64,000 bases of DNA from a virus. Location: the IMG/VR virus record IMGVR_UViG_3300025104_000001, positions 1 through 64,000 of that record, one strand, 5' to 3'. A program made the translations under genes and the position numbers. A model generated the notes under the pieces. That model was not told the DNA's origin. It did no database searches and worked only from the letters and a program-made list of their open reading frames with translations. Of the stretch, positions 44,841 to 53,800 are shown piece by piece. Within the stretch, counting starts at the first letter, position 1, and each line of letters begins with the position of its first letter.

Positions 44841-46166
44841 ATGCTACACAATAATAGAATGAACTATGTGGCGTCGGGTCTTCAATTTGCCAAGTTCCTC
44901 TACAAGGATGCTCTTAAGAGCAAGGAAATTGTTGACCTGACAGGCCAGTGGCTAAAGCGTTTGGATAACGTCAACGGCCATCGCTTCAGTGTGCTGTTCA
45001 ATGCATTCACTGAGAAGAAGATGGGCCCACAGATTCAAGAGACCATCAAGCCTTATGTCTATGATGTTCATTCGGACTCCGGTGGCCTTCAGATGATTTC
45101 TCGTGGCCTTGCTGTGACGCCTGAGATCAAAAAAGAAATCTATGAAACCCAAGGTAGGTATTCAGATGTGGCTATGTCTTTTGACGAAATCCCAGTCTAT
45201 ACCTTGGTGCAGAAGTCTGAGCTGAAAGATGCGAGCAATAAAGTATTTGATAGGTCTCGTCTTGAGCCTTGCGCTAAGGCAACCGCTCGAAACATTACCG
45301 AGCAGATCCAATCATTCCTTGATAACAAGTCATCGACCCGCCCATTGGCGATCATTCAAGGGAACTGTCTAGAGACTGCTATGATTTGGTCGGATATCCT
45401 GTTTAAGGAGATTCCACAAAACATGCATGAAGTGATTGGAGGTATCGCTATTGGTTCACCTGCTCTAGGCGTCGGTGAATTGGAAGAAGTGAAGAAGGCG
45501 TTCTGGTTCACCCAGATTCCCTTTGACATTAAAGAGAAACATCTTCATATGTTGGGTGTGGGTGCAATGAAGCGATTTGTGCCTACGTTGGTGTTTGTGA
45601 AATCGGGTTTGTTCAAGGATACCTTAGTGTCCTACGATTCAACAACCCATACCAGCATGAACATCTACGGTCGCTATTACTACGGCAAGAAGCCAGGCCG
45701 TCAATATCAGATCGTCTACAATCGTGAATACACTCCAGCGTATGATGAGGTGTATGAAGACATTGTGTCTTTGCTACCAGAGCTAACCCAATGGTGTAAG
45801 AACGGATATGAATTCTTCACATTAATGAACGCCAAGCCAAAAGAATATACCAAGACGAACCCTTCACGGATTCCGCTAATCATGTCAACCGTGGCGCATG
45901 CAATTTCATGTATTTACAACTTCACCAAGCACGTTGAAGATGCACTTCATGATGACGAAATCCTATATGAGATGGTTGATGAAGAAGTAACCGAGCCGAA
46001 GTCTAAGATCAAGTATATTGACAAGACCAAGCGGAACGTCTATAATGAGCTAGGTAAAGTAAAAACCCTTGAGGATTACAAATATTGGGAATCCCATCTT
46101 GGCCGTTTCCTCAATAGCAAGCCTTCTCGTAACGGTCATACAACCTTGGATGATTTTTTCGAATGA
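44841..46166 (+). CDS. TGT-fold base-exchange enzyme, DpdA-like (7-deazaguanine transglycosylase)
   Basis: DSGG-x-Q, D-x-IP, IIQG, GGIA-x-G, HLH-x-LG-x-G, SYDSTTH; no zinc motif of tRNA TGT seen. Confidence 0.8.
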   Translation: MLHNNRMNYVASGLQFAKFLYKDALKSKEIVDLTGQWLKRLDNVNGHRFSVLFNAFTEKKMGPQIQETIKPYVYDVHSDSGGLQMISRGLAVTPEIKKEIYETQGRYSDVAMSFDEIPVYTLVQKSELKDASNKVFDRSRLEPCAKATARNITEQIQSFLDNKSSTRPLAIIQGNCLETAMIWSDILFKEIPQNMHEVIGGIAIGSPALGVGELEEVKKAFWFTQIPFDIKEKHLHMLGVGAMKRFVPTLVFVKSGLFKDTLVSYDSTTHTSMNIYGRYYYGKKPGRQYQIVYNREYTPAYDEVYEDIVSLLPELTQWCKNGYEFFTLMNAKPKEYTKTNPSRIPLIMSTVAHAISCIYNFTKHVEDALHDDEILYEMVDEEVTEPKSKIKYIDKTKRNVYNELGKVKTLEDYKYWESHLGRFLNSKPSRNGHTTLDDFFE

Positions 46167-46567
46167 GCATCGGATATGATCTTGACGGAGTTCTAATCTC
46201 CGATTTGTACTGGCCTGATGGCATGTCTCTTGAAGATTTTCTTAAGATGCGTGCTTCAGAGCCGTATGCCAATTTTGTTCCAAAAGGAAGCTATGTCATT
46301 GTGACTGGTCGAAATTCATCAGATAGACCCTACACTGAAGCATGGATTAGCAAAAACCTTGCAAGCAATCCCCCGTATCGTTTGTTTCATGATTGTCCAG
46401 ATCATAGGCAAGGCGCAGAGTACAAGGCAAGTGTAATTAACCAGAACGGCATCAGGATTTTCATTGAATCAGATGCAAAGCAGGTTGAGTATTTGAAAAA
46501 GCATTGCCCATATTGTCGTGTTTATCATTTCGGGAGCTTTCTAAGTGAAACGTTTTATAACCTATGA
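46163..46567 (+). CDS. HAD-superfamily hydrolase
   Basis: YDLDGVL, VTGR, K, FIESD. Confidence 0.8.
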   Translation: MSIGYDLDGVLISDLYWPDGMSLEDFLKMRASEPYANFVPKGSYVIVTGRNSSDRPYTEAWISKNLASNPPYRLFHDCPDHRQGAEYKASVINQNGIRIFIESDAKQVEYLKKHCPYCRVYHFGSFLSETFYNL

Positions 46568-47027
46568 GGAAATGACTGCTCTGTTAGATGAGCAGATTCC
46601 CAAGATTGAAGCATACGGGTTTGATGAAATCGTTGCTGTGGTTCGTGGTGGTTTGACCGCTGCGCACTACATTGCAAAACAACTTCGCTTACCTGTGGGT
46701 GTTTACTACCCATCAAATGATGCATATTCTACACCTCGTTTGATCCTAGCCAAGAAGAAGGCGGGCAAACTGTTGTTTGTGGAGGACCTTGTTGCGCAGG
46801 GTCGTACTCATGCCGAGCTATATAAGTTCATGAAGGGCTTTCCAGAAGTCGATTGGCATTTCATGCCAGTGCTAGTGGATGGGAAGTATGAGAAGAACTT
46901 CCTTATGCAGTGTTTGAAAACAGACGACTGGATTGTGTTCCCCTACGAAAAGTATGATAAAATGCAGGAAGGTGACAGGGGTCTTTTCCGGATGAATTCA
47001 GATGTTTATGGGGTAGCAAATGGGTAA
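46545..47027 (+). CDS. Type I phosphoribosyltransferase
   Basis: RGGL, LFVEDLVAQGRT PRPP loop, WIVFPYE. Confidence 0.85.
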   Translation: MKRFITYEEMTALLDEQIPKIEAYGFDEIVAVVRGGLTAAHYIAKQLRLPVGVYYPSNDAYSTPRLILAKKKAGKLLFVEDLVAQGRTHAELYKFMKGFPEVDWHFMPVLVDGKYEKNFLMQCLKTDDWIVFPYEKYDKMQEGDRGLFRMNSDVYGVANG

Positions 47028-47940
47028 GAAGATTGTTGTTTTGCACAGTGGTGGTCTTGACTCTACAGTGATGTGGCGTCTAGCGAAAGAGGACATTCGC
47101 AATGAGGTGATCGCCGTATATTTTGACATTGGACACGACTACGCTTGGAAAGAAAAGGCGCAATTGCCGCCGGGCGCACACATCCATGATATGACTTGGT
47201 TCAAAGCCGAAGGCAAAGGCAAGGCGGGCAACGCCATGAATAACATCTTCATTCCTGGTAGGAACATGATGTTTGCTACAATCGCTGCATGTAAGTATCT
47301 GCCTGACGAGATTTGGATGGGCGCGCTCATGGGTGAAATCCATGACCAAGCAACCGACAAGAACCTAGAATATCTCCATCGACAGAACGATATTCTTAGT
47401 TATGTTCTATCGCCCTTCGGAAAAGTGAAGGTGGTGTTTCCTTTCGTAGAACGCCAGTGGGGTAAGCTGCAAGTAACAAGGTGGGCATGCCAAAACGGTA
47501 TGCAACAAGAGATTCTCGCATCGAGTTCATGCATGAGCGGTGAAGCAGGAAATTGTGGTCGTTGCGGCGTTTGTTTGCGCCGTGCAGGCATTTTCCCTCA
47601 ATTAAACATGGAAGAAAGCTACAACGTTGATCCTTGGACAGCCCCCGAGAACCGCAAGCTGATCCACGATTTGATTGTTGCTGAAATCAATCAAGACGAT
47701 TCCCATTATGACCGCTTCCGTAGGGAAGAGATCATCCCCACTCTAATCCGAAACCACAGCGGAAAATCTTTGCAGGAAATTTTGGAGCTTTATACGGATG
47801 GGGCTACTCAAGCTAAGGAAGAAGTTCTACAAGAAACTCCTCAAGAATCCGGGCCTAATCAAACGGAAATGAACCAAGACCAGACCTCGACAAGCACCCA
47901 CAATCCAGACGCACCTCCTCAAGTCACCCATGTTGTTTAA
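47020..47940 (+). CDS. queC: QueC-family ATP pyrophosphatase (7-cyano-7-deazaguanine synthase-like)
   Basis: SGGLDST, IPGRN, D, SC...CG-x-C-x-x-C-x-RR. Confidence 0.88.
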   Translation: MGKKIVVLHSGGLDSTVMWRLAKEDIRNEVIAVYFDIGHDYAWKEKAQLPPGAHIHDMTWFKAEGKGKAGNAMNNIFIPGRNMMFATIAACKYLPDEIWMGALMGEIHDQATDKNLEYLHRQNDILSYVLSPFGKVKVVFPFVERQWGKLQVTRWACQNGMQQEILASSSCMSGEAGNCGRCGVCLRRAGIFPQLNMEESYNVDPWTAPENRKLIHDLIVAEINQDDSHYDRFRREEIIPTLIRNHSGKSLQEILELYTDGATQAKEEVLQETPQESGPNQTEMNQDQTSTSTHNPDAPPQVTHVV

Positions 47941-48790
47941 TACCGCTTACATCATCTCATACCTGCCTAATGATTCTCTCAAGGCCAGGCGCCTTGAGAT
48001 TCATAACAAACAGGTTGACTATTGGCTGGCTAAGGGTTTGAACGTCTTGGTGTATGCCCAAGGATATCAACAAGACGACTTCCGAAAGGACGTCCAGTAT
48101 ATCGTCAATACCCGAGGCGAAACCGATAGGCCCGGGCCCGCTCGTAACGTCTTGCTCCGTGCTTTTTATGATTCGGATGAAGACTTTTGTTTGTTGATGG
48201 ACAACGACATTGTTCTCTATGAGGGTGAGAAGTATTGTGATAGTGACAACCTTGTTCAAATCTTAAAAGACATTCCTCTTGAAAGCCTAGAAGGTGTAGA
48301 TGTATTTGAGCCTTTGAATCCTACACAAACACCTTTCAGTGCTTTCTATGCCGAAAAGAAGGATGTGCTAGCTAACAACCTAATCTTCAAGCGTCGTCCG
48401 AACATCTCAGGATGTTGTTTGTTCATTAGAAATTTCAAGAAGTTTGGTGAAGAGCCATTCTTCTATAATGATTGGTTTGATGAAAAGACAGGTAAGGTTA
48501 TCATGGGAGAAGATGTTGCCTTCGGTCTTAACCTCACGAAAAAGGGCAAGGGTGTCTATTCTTTGATGAATGCCGTCCGAAAGGACATGGGGTGGACGTC
48601 GAGCTCTTGGTGCAAGAGCCCTGAAATCAGAAAGCAATCATTTGAAACTCTGAAGGCGATCCTACCGACTTTGGGAGTGGGAACCAAGAACGGGAACCTA
48701 GATTGGGCAGGTTTCGCCGATCGCTACAAGATCCCACGACAAGTTCTAGCCCCCAAGAAAAAATCCGCAAGCATCCTAGACATGATGTGA
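47930..48790 (+). CDS. GT-A (family 2-like) glycosyltransferase
   Basis: ARN, LMDND (DxD), GED motifs. Confidence 0.72.
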   Translation: MLFNTAYIISYLPNDSLKARRLEIHNKQVDYWLAKGLNVLVYAQGYQQDDFRKDVQYIVNTRGETDRPGPARNVLLRAFYDSDEDFCLLMDNDIVLYEGEKYCDSDNLVQILKDIPLESLEGVDVFEPLNPTQTPFSAFYAEKKDVLANNLIFKRRPNISGCCLFIRNFKKFGEEPFFYNDWFDEKTGKVIMGEDVAFGLNLTKKGKGVYSLMNAVRKDMGWTSSSWCKSPEIRKQSFETLKAILPTLGVGTKNGNLDWAGFADRYKIPRQVLAPKKKSASILDMM

Positions 48791-48850
48791 TTCTTGCCTT
48801 ATAATGCAGTCATTGTTGAACGGAGGACCTAGATCGTGTTTCAAGACGAA
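48776..48850 (+). repeat. Promoter/RBS/start cassette, copy 2 (TAGACA-N17-TATAAT)
   Basis: Near-identical to 26436-26510 (minus). Confidence 0.85.
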
Positions 48851-49060
48851 GCTCTCAAAGAACTTCAAGCTCGTAACGAGGCGCGTGTCAAACAAATGAT
48901 TGAGCAGATGGGCACAAAGTATCTGTGCCATCCTGCAAATTTCATCACCAAGGCAAAGTTCAAGAAAGACCTGCGTAAATCCAAAAAGAAGGCGATGTCG
49001 ATGTCTAAGGACAAGAACCTAAGTTTCGTAGTGCAAAACACTCCAGAAGGTCAAATCTGA
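48836..49060 (+). CDS. Hypothetical protein
   Basis: GGAGG RBS, GTG start; MG-x-KY-x-x-HP-x-N motif. Confidence 0.7.
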   Translation: MFQDEALKELQARNEARVKQMIEQMGTKYLCHPANFITKAKFKKDLRKSKKKAMSMSKDKNLSFVVQNTPEGQI

Positions 49061-49203
49061 ACGAGAAAAGAAGGTTGGCAAGGAAACATAAGCCAAGGTG
49101 CAAGAACAGTCACAAGAATTTTTACAAACTATCTAATTTTTTGTAGACAAGTCGCAAAAACTTCATATAATAAAGACGTCAACAAGCAAACGAGGACAGT
49201 AAA

Positions 49204-49353
49204 ATGCTGAAAGACTTCATTATGTGGATGCAAGAACCCGGCAAATGGAATGACGTCATGGTTATTTGCGGTGTGGTTATTATTGTTTCTTTGATCGGCA
49301 TAATTGTCTGCGAAAAGATTGAAAAGCGTAAAGCTTGGAAAATGGGCCGATAG
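49204..49353 (+). CDS. Small single-TM protein (49 aa, not in ORF track)
   Basis: GAGG RBS, promoter at about 49144-49171, hydrophobic stretch VMVICGVVIIVSLIGIIVC; 3' end overlaps the tRNA. Confidence 0.55.
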   Translation: MLKDFIMWMQEPGKWNDVMVICGVVIIVSLIGIIVCEKIEKRKAWKMGR

Positions 49354-49420
49354 CTTAGTGGCCTAAAGCAGCGGCCTCATAAGCCGTTGATCCTGGGTTC
49401 AAATCCCAGTCGGCCCACCA
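49344..49420 (+). tRNA. tRNA with CAT anticodon (Ile2-like or elongator Met)
   Basis: GGGCCGA/TCGGCCC acceptor (C4:G69, C5:G68 as in Ile2), GCGGC-CTCATAA-GCCGT, ACCA. Confidence 0.92.
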
Positions 49421-49446
49421 AAAATTGATTGAAGGAGGAAAGCAGG

Positions 49447-49635
49447 ATGGTGCATGAAGCAGGAAAGGGCGATGCGCCTCGTAAAGTACGAGACGACAAA
49501 GCCTATTCAGAAGGTTGGGATCGAATCTTTGGAGCTAAACGTGGCAAAGCAAAAGGAAACAATGAAGGTGAAGGTTCCCAAGCCAAGGAACCATCTAGTC
49601 GTGCCAGCGAAAACCAAAAAAGCGGGCAAACATAA
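49447..49635 (+). CDS. Small conserved phage protein
   Basis: GKG-x-x-PR...Y-x-x-GWDRIFG motif. Confidence 0.65.
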   Translation: MVHEAGKGDAPRKVRDDKAYSEGWDRIFGAKRGKAKGNNEGEGSQAKEPSSRASENQKSGQT

Positions 49636-49684
49636 AGACAAAAAACGTGAGATAAAATATAAGCACATTGAAGAACATGTTTAG
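49562..49684 (+). CDS. Small basic protein
   Basis: KPRN-x-x-V...AG-x-H-x-DKK; AAGGA RBS. Confidence 0.55.
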   Translation: MKVKVPKPRNHLVVPAKTKKAGKHKDKKREIKYKHIEEHV

Positions 49685-49889
49685 ACCGAATCCTTATCCT
49701 TGGGTTGAAATCGTTGATCCTAAGCCAGAGCCCACATTTACCTTAGATCAAATCATAGAGAAAATGGTCGAGATGTTTGGTGACAATGTAGCCGATCCAG
49801 ACCATCATCCTCTTATTACGAAATATCAATTCAAGCTTGCTAAGCTTGAATTAACCCGCCAATTTGTTGTGGTGGAACCCCAAGTTTGA
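49677..49889 (+). CDS. Hypothetical protein
   Basis: M-x-E-x-FGD...DP-x-HHP motif. Confidence 0.65.
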   Translation: MFRPNPYPWVEIVDPKPEPTFTLDQIIEKMVEMFGDNVADPDHHPLITKYQFKLAKLELTRQFVVVEPQV

Positions 49890-50219
49890 TTCGTGACGAT
49901 ATGCTTGTGCCAAGGCACGCTCCAATTCGTCGATGCGCTTGTTTGCTTCGCGTAGTTGCTCCATAAGCTCAAGATTCTGTATATGCAGATCTGAAAGCTG
50001 TTTTCTAGTTCTGTCAAGTTCGTCGCTAAGAAGCTTAATTTGTTGCATCAAGCTTTCAACTTGAGCAATCTGGATGTCGCTTTGATTTTTCTTTTCTTCA
50101 ACATCGGTTTTTTTAATCTTAAGCCAGACACCCAGAATTAAGATTCCGAGGCTGACTATGAAGCTCAAAGATGCTGGCAGATGTTGTAAGGTATTGCCTA
50201 AGTCGAGTGCAAGTTCCAT
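49851..50219 (-). CDS. Membrane-anchored coiled-coil protein (lysis-accessory candidate)
   Basis: N-terminal TM segment, long heptad coiled coil; CATAAATA late-like site upstream. Confidence 0.6.
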   Translation of the reverse strand: MELALDLGNTLQHLPASLSFIVSLGILILGVWLKIKKTDVEEKKNQSDIQIAQVESLMQQIKLLSDELDRTRKQLSDLHIQNLELMEQLREANKRIDELERALAQAYRHESNLGFHHNKLAG

Positions 50220-50296
50220 TGAGAAGACCTAAGATAAATTCACCAGAATATTTATGAGGTACTAGACAAGCACAGAACCTATGTTATAATGTAGGC

Positions 50297-50593
50297 ATGA
50301 ATGAGGGAAACATTATGGACAAGACCGAATCGGAAGTTCGTCAAATTCTTATCGAAGCTATGAAGGCTCAGCTTGAGAACCCTACCAGGTCTTATTCCAA
50401 CAGTGAATCATCCTTTGTTGCCTGCCGTCTGCGTAAATCGGGTTACCCCGGAGTCGCTGCACGTTATTGGGCTTGGACTTGCGGCCCCGAGAACCGTGAA
50501 GAATTCGGTGATGAGATTTATGAGCTTCAGATGAAGCTCAAGGAAATTGACAGGGAATTTGTTATGCCTGATTGGGGTACCTATGGAACTTGA
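50297..50593 (+). CDS. Hypothetical early protein
   Basis: Follows a TAGACA-N16-TATAAT promoter (about 50263-50290). Confidence 0.7.
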   Translation: MNEGNIMDKTESEVRQILIEAMKAQLENPTRSYSNSESSFVACRLRKSGYPGVAARYWAWTCGPENREEFGDEIYELQMKLKEIDREFVMPDWGTYGT

Positions 50594-50861
50594 GGAACAA
50601 CATGGGTAGCCTGAGTCTGGCTACTGGGCGAACCGTGGTTATATGAATCGTTCAAGACTGGCAAAGACTGTATGAACATGAACAAGATAATCCAAACAGC
50701 GTATGACCAAGGATTCGACGCTGGTCGCCGTGAGACCAAGCTGCGGGTGGAACAATCCTTGAAGAATATTTACTGATCTTTGCTGATTTCTCTAGACGTG
50801 TTCTTTGGCTGATGCATATAATGAAGGCATACAGTGAACGAAACATCAAAAGGGGTTTGAA

Positions 50862-51032
50862 GTGAACAACGTTAAGAATTTTGCCATGGAACTGGAACAA
50901 GAAGTTCGTCAGTATATCGAAGCCGAGGGCACGGAGCTTGTTCGCCAAGCCTACAATGCACCTGAAGGTTTGACTCTGGACGAGCTGGTTGAATGTTGTG
51001 TGGGCGTAGAATATCAGAACGCTTTCAAGTAA
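50862..51032 (+). CDS. Hypothetical protein (56 aa, not in ORF track)
   Basis: AAGGGG RBS, GTG start, promoter at about 50793-50822. Confidence 0.6.
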   Translation: MNNVKNFAMELEQEVRQYIEAEGTELVRQAYNAPEGLTLDELVECCVGVEYQNAFK

Positions 51033-51038
51033 GGAAAC

Positions 51039-51941
51039 ATGATGCGAGCAATTGTGACCGTGGGGGTTTCGGCCTCGGGTAAGTCGACTTGGGCGTCGGA
51101 CTTTATCAAAGCTGAGGCCTCCAAGGGCGTTATTTGGCAGCGCATTGAACGAGATTGTATCCGCAGGGGTATCTTGATTGAAAAGGGTATCGCTGCGGAA
51201 CTGGAATGGGACAAATGGAATTGGAAATGGGAAAAGGAAGTGAGTGAGCGCGCAGACAAAATACTGGAAGCCGCTGCTCAATCACGCGCCAACGTTATTA
51301 TCTCTGACACCAACCTGAACAAAGAACGACGGAAGAGTCTGATTCAGAAGCTCAAGGAATTTGGCTACACCGTAGACGTTCGACCCTTTCCTATCTCGTT
51401 TGAGGAAGCTGTTAAACGTGACGCCAAGCGCAAGAACGGTGTGGGCGTTTCTGTTCTGGCATCTCAGTTTGAGCAATGGAACAAGCAATTCGTCACTCAG
51501 TATGAAGGCACTAAGGGTGCTCCCAAGGCCATCATCGTTGATATTGACGGCACGTTGGCACAAATGAATCGTGACCGTGGCCCGTTTGAATGGGACAAGG
51601 TTGAACAAGACAAGCTGGATGAAGAAGTGGCAGCAATCGTCAAAGCTCTGGAAAGCTCTGGAGAATGGAAGATTGTTGTTCTGTCGGGTCGCGATGGCGT
51701 CTGCCGTCCTCAAATCGAACGGTGGCTGGCACGGCACGAAATTCGGTACAGCGACTTCTTCATGCGTGCTGAAGGCGATATGCGTAAGGATTCGGTCATC
51801 AAATCAGAAATCTTCTGGTGTGATGTTGCTCCGAAATATGACGTTAAAATGGTCATTGATGGCCGTCCTCAGGTCACCCGTATGTGGCGCAGCATTGGTC
51901 TGAAAGTGCTTCAGGTGGGTAACCCTTACATTGAATTTTGA
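51039..51941 (+). CDS. pseT: Polynucleotide 5'-kinase/3'-phosphatase
   Basis: G-x-x-ASGKST, RD, DTNL; DIDGTLA, SGR, MR-x-x-x-D-x-RKD-x-x-x-K. Confidence 0.93.
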   Translation: MMRAIVTVGVSASGKSTWASDFIKAEASKGVIWQRIERDCIRRGILIEKGIAAELEWDKWNWKWEKEVSERADKILEAAAQSRANVIISDTNLNKERRKSLIQKLKEFGYTVDVRPFPISFEEAVKRDAKRKNGVGVSVLASQFEQWNKQFVTQYEGTKGAPKAIIVDIDGTLAQMNRDRGPFEWDKVEQDKLDEEVAAIVKALESSGEWKIVVLSGRDGVCRPQIERWLARHEIRYSDFFMRAEGDMRKDSVIKSEIFWCDVAPKYDVKMVIDGRPQVTRMWRSIGLKVLQVGNPYIEF

Positions 51942-51988
51942 GTTGTTTTATAATTGGATTTTCAACGTAGACAAAAAGGAACACCTAT

Positions 51989-52465
51989 ATGAAAAACGAA
52001 GCCCTTCAAGCAATCAACCAAAGCCTAGAATCGCTGGCTAGTATGGTCAAATATCTTGATGCTCGCATGAATGCCCTTGAGGATCGTGTGGCCAAGCCAG
52101 TAGCTAAAGTTCGTAATGACGAAAAGAGTCCTCTGATTGTTCGGCATTCACGTTACTTTGATGGGTTCGGTGGGGTGGAAGCCAGGGGCGGCGTGACATA
52201 CGTCTTTGAACTAAACTACAAGAACCGAACCGCCAAGGTGGGTATTGCGGTGTGTTCTCTGAAGGAAAATTTCAACAAGGCCACGGGTCGCAAACTTGCT
52301 GAGGATCGTCTGAAGACCGATCCTATCGTTTTTGGGTACAGCGCGCCTAGCTATGTTGGTCTTGTGGATGCCTTTTGGGACGCTGTGACTCTTGATTCTG
52401 CTAGTATGTCTAAGGACAACCGGCGCATCATCAAAAACATCAAAACAAACTACCTGATTTACTGA
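51989..52465 (+). CDS. Hypothetical protein
   Basis: GG-x-T...A-x-CS-x-x-x-NF-x-K-x-x-GR-x-x-A motif. Confidence 0.75.
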   Translation: MKNEALQAINQSLESLASMVKYLDARMNALEDRVAKPVAKVRNDEKSPLIVRHSRYFDGFGGVEARGGVTYVFELNYKNRTAKVGIAVCSLKENFNKATGRKLAEDRLKTDPIVFGYSAPSYVGLVDAFWDAVTLDSASMSKDNRRIIKNIKTNYLIY

Positions 52466-52469
52466 TTTA

Positions 52470-53114
52470 ATGCATACATATAACAAGGATGGAATAGGCC
52501 GTTTCTATTCTACTCCTAAAGGAGACTATCCCTCGGTTACTACTGTTCTTGGAGCTTATGGTGACGACACCGGGCTCCAAGAATGGCGCGATAAGATTGG
52601 TGCTGAAAATGCAGATCGAATCGTGAAAGAGTCAACGGACATTGGTTCTCATCTTCACTATCTTTTTGAATGTCTACTGCGAAAAGTTGACGCCAAAAAG
52701 TCGGAAACGCCCGAAGAGAAGAAAGCAGAACAAATGTTCAAGGTAGCCAAACCCAAGCTGCTAAAAATTGTTGACCAAGTTCTTTACATGGAAGAACCTG
52801 TATGGTCTGATACGTTCAGAATCGCTGGCAGGTTTGACATGCTATGCAGAACGAAAGAAGGCAAGATTGCGCTGGTAGATTACAAGAATACAAGGCGTAG
52901 CAAGTCTAAGGAAGAAATTTCCTCCTATAGACTACAACTTGCCTTCTATGTTAGAATGATTAAGGAAACGTTGGGGATAGACGTTGAAGAACAGAAGATC
53001 TTTATGGTAAATCGTGAAGGCTTCGTACAGGTATTTAACTTCTATGAACACGAAACACCTAGATCAGAGCTTGTTGCTATCAGGAAAAACTTTTGGGAAA
53101 AGTACGGTTACTAA
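52470..53114 (+). CDS. PD-(D/E)xK exonuclease (T4-like, Cas4/RecB-related)
   Basis: YPSVTTVL, G-x-x-x-H, E, AGR-x-D, DYK, QL-x-x-Y. Confidence 0.88.
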   Translation: MHTYNKDGIGRFYSTPKGDYPSVTTVLGAYGDDTGLQEWRDKIGAENADRIVKESTDIGSHLHYLFECLLRKVDAKKSETPEEKKAEQMFKVAKPKLLKIVDQVLYMEEPVWSDTFRIAGRFDMLCRTKEGKIALVDYKNTRRSKSKEEISSYRLQLAFYVRMIKETLGIDVEEQKIFMVNREGFVQVFNFYEHETPRSELVAIRKNFWEKYGY

Positions 53115-53127
53115 ACTGTTTCTCATT

Positions 53128-53613
53128 ATGATTCTTCTATTGGGCTCTCTAATTCCTTCACATGCTTCAAACTACAAAGCGATTGACGCCATTGAAGCCC
53201 TGTCAAATGCAAACAAAGAAATGGTTTGTCTGGCTAAGGTCATTTATGATGAAGCACGAGGTGAAACGCCTCGTGGCATGCAAGCCGTTGCCCACGTTGT
53301 TTTGAATCGAGCAAAACATCAAGACTACCCTGGTACAATCTGCGGCGTTGCATATCAAAAGCATCGTGGCGTTTGTCAATTCAGCGGAATGTGCAAAAAG
53401 AAGACTAAGCAGTTTGATGCCGAGTCTTTGAATGTAGCATATAGAGTTTTGGTTTTGAAGGACGTAAAAGACCCAACCCGAGGCGCAACACACTTTCACA
53501 ATGATACCACATCACCGCCATGGAGCAAAACATATGTCAGAACAGCAAGAATTGGAAAACACACTTTCTATAAACCAGGCTATCGACAAAATCCAAGTAG
53601 TCGAGGAGATTGA
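53128..53613 (+). CDS. SleB-like cell wall hydrolase
   Basis: CLA-x-x-IY-x-EARGE, VA-x-V-x-LNR, CQFS, T-x-GATHFH, IG-x-H-x-FY. Confidence 0.9.
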   Translation: MILLLGSLIPSHASNYKAIDAIEALSNANKEMVCLAKVIYDEARGETPRGMQAVAHVVLNRAKHQDYPGTICGVAYQKHRGVCQFSGMCKKKTKQFDAESLNVAYRVLVLKDVKDPTRGATHFHNDTTSPPWSKTYVRTARIGKHTFYKPGYRQNPSSRGD

Positions 53614-53800
53614 GAAGATGGCTCTTGAGAAGAAAATTGACTACATTTCCGCAGCCTTAGAACTCGCTCGAAAATTGGATTGGGACCCTGCTTGGATTGC
53701 TCCTTATATCACCGGATCTCTCAAAGAGAAAATCCGTGTAGAAGGTGAAGCACAGGGGCTGTTGAAAAGGACCAGTAGACCCCAGGTGTTGTTTGAATGA
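53534..53800 (+). CDS. gp33: Late transcription coactivator (gp33)
   Basis: IE...YI-x-A...LKEKI-x-x-E; gp33-gp59-gp32 synteny. Confidence 0.8.
   Translation: MSEQQELENTLSINQAIDKIQVVEEIEKMALEKKIDYISAALELARKLDWDPAWIAPYITGSLKEKIRVEGEAQGLLKRTSRPQVLFE

Noticed and set aside
44841-46166. Canonical tRNA-guanine transglycosylase (tgt)
   Set aside because: No C-x-C-x-x-C zinc motif seen; replication-gene context and clamp-like tail favour a DNA-acting DpdA-type enzyme
50652-51737. Minus-strand ORFs of 209 and 151 aa
   Set aside because: Antisense to pseT and to promoter-driven plus-strand ORFs
52470-53114. Cas4 as part of a CRISPR system
   Set aside because: Ordinary T4-like PD-(D/E)xK exonuclease; no Fe-S cysteine set, array or other cas genes
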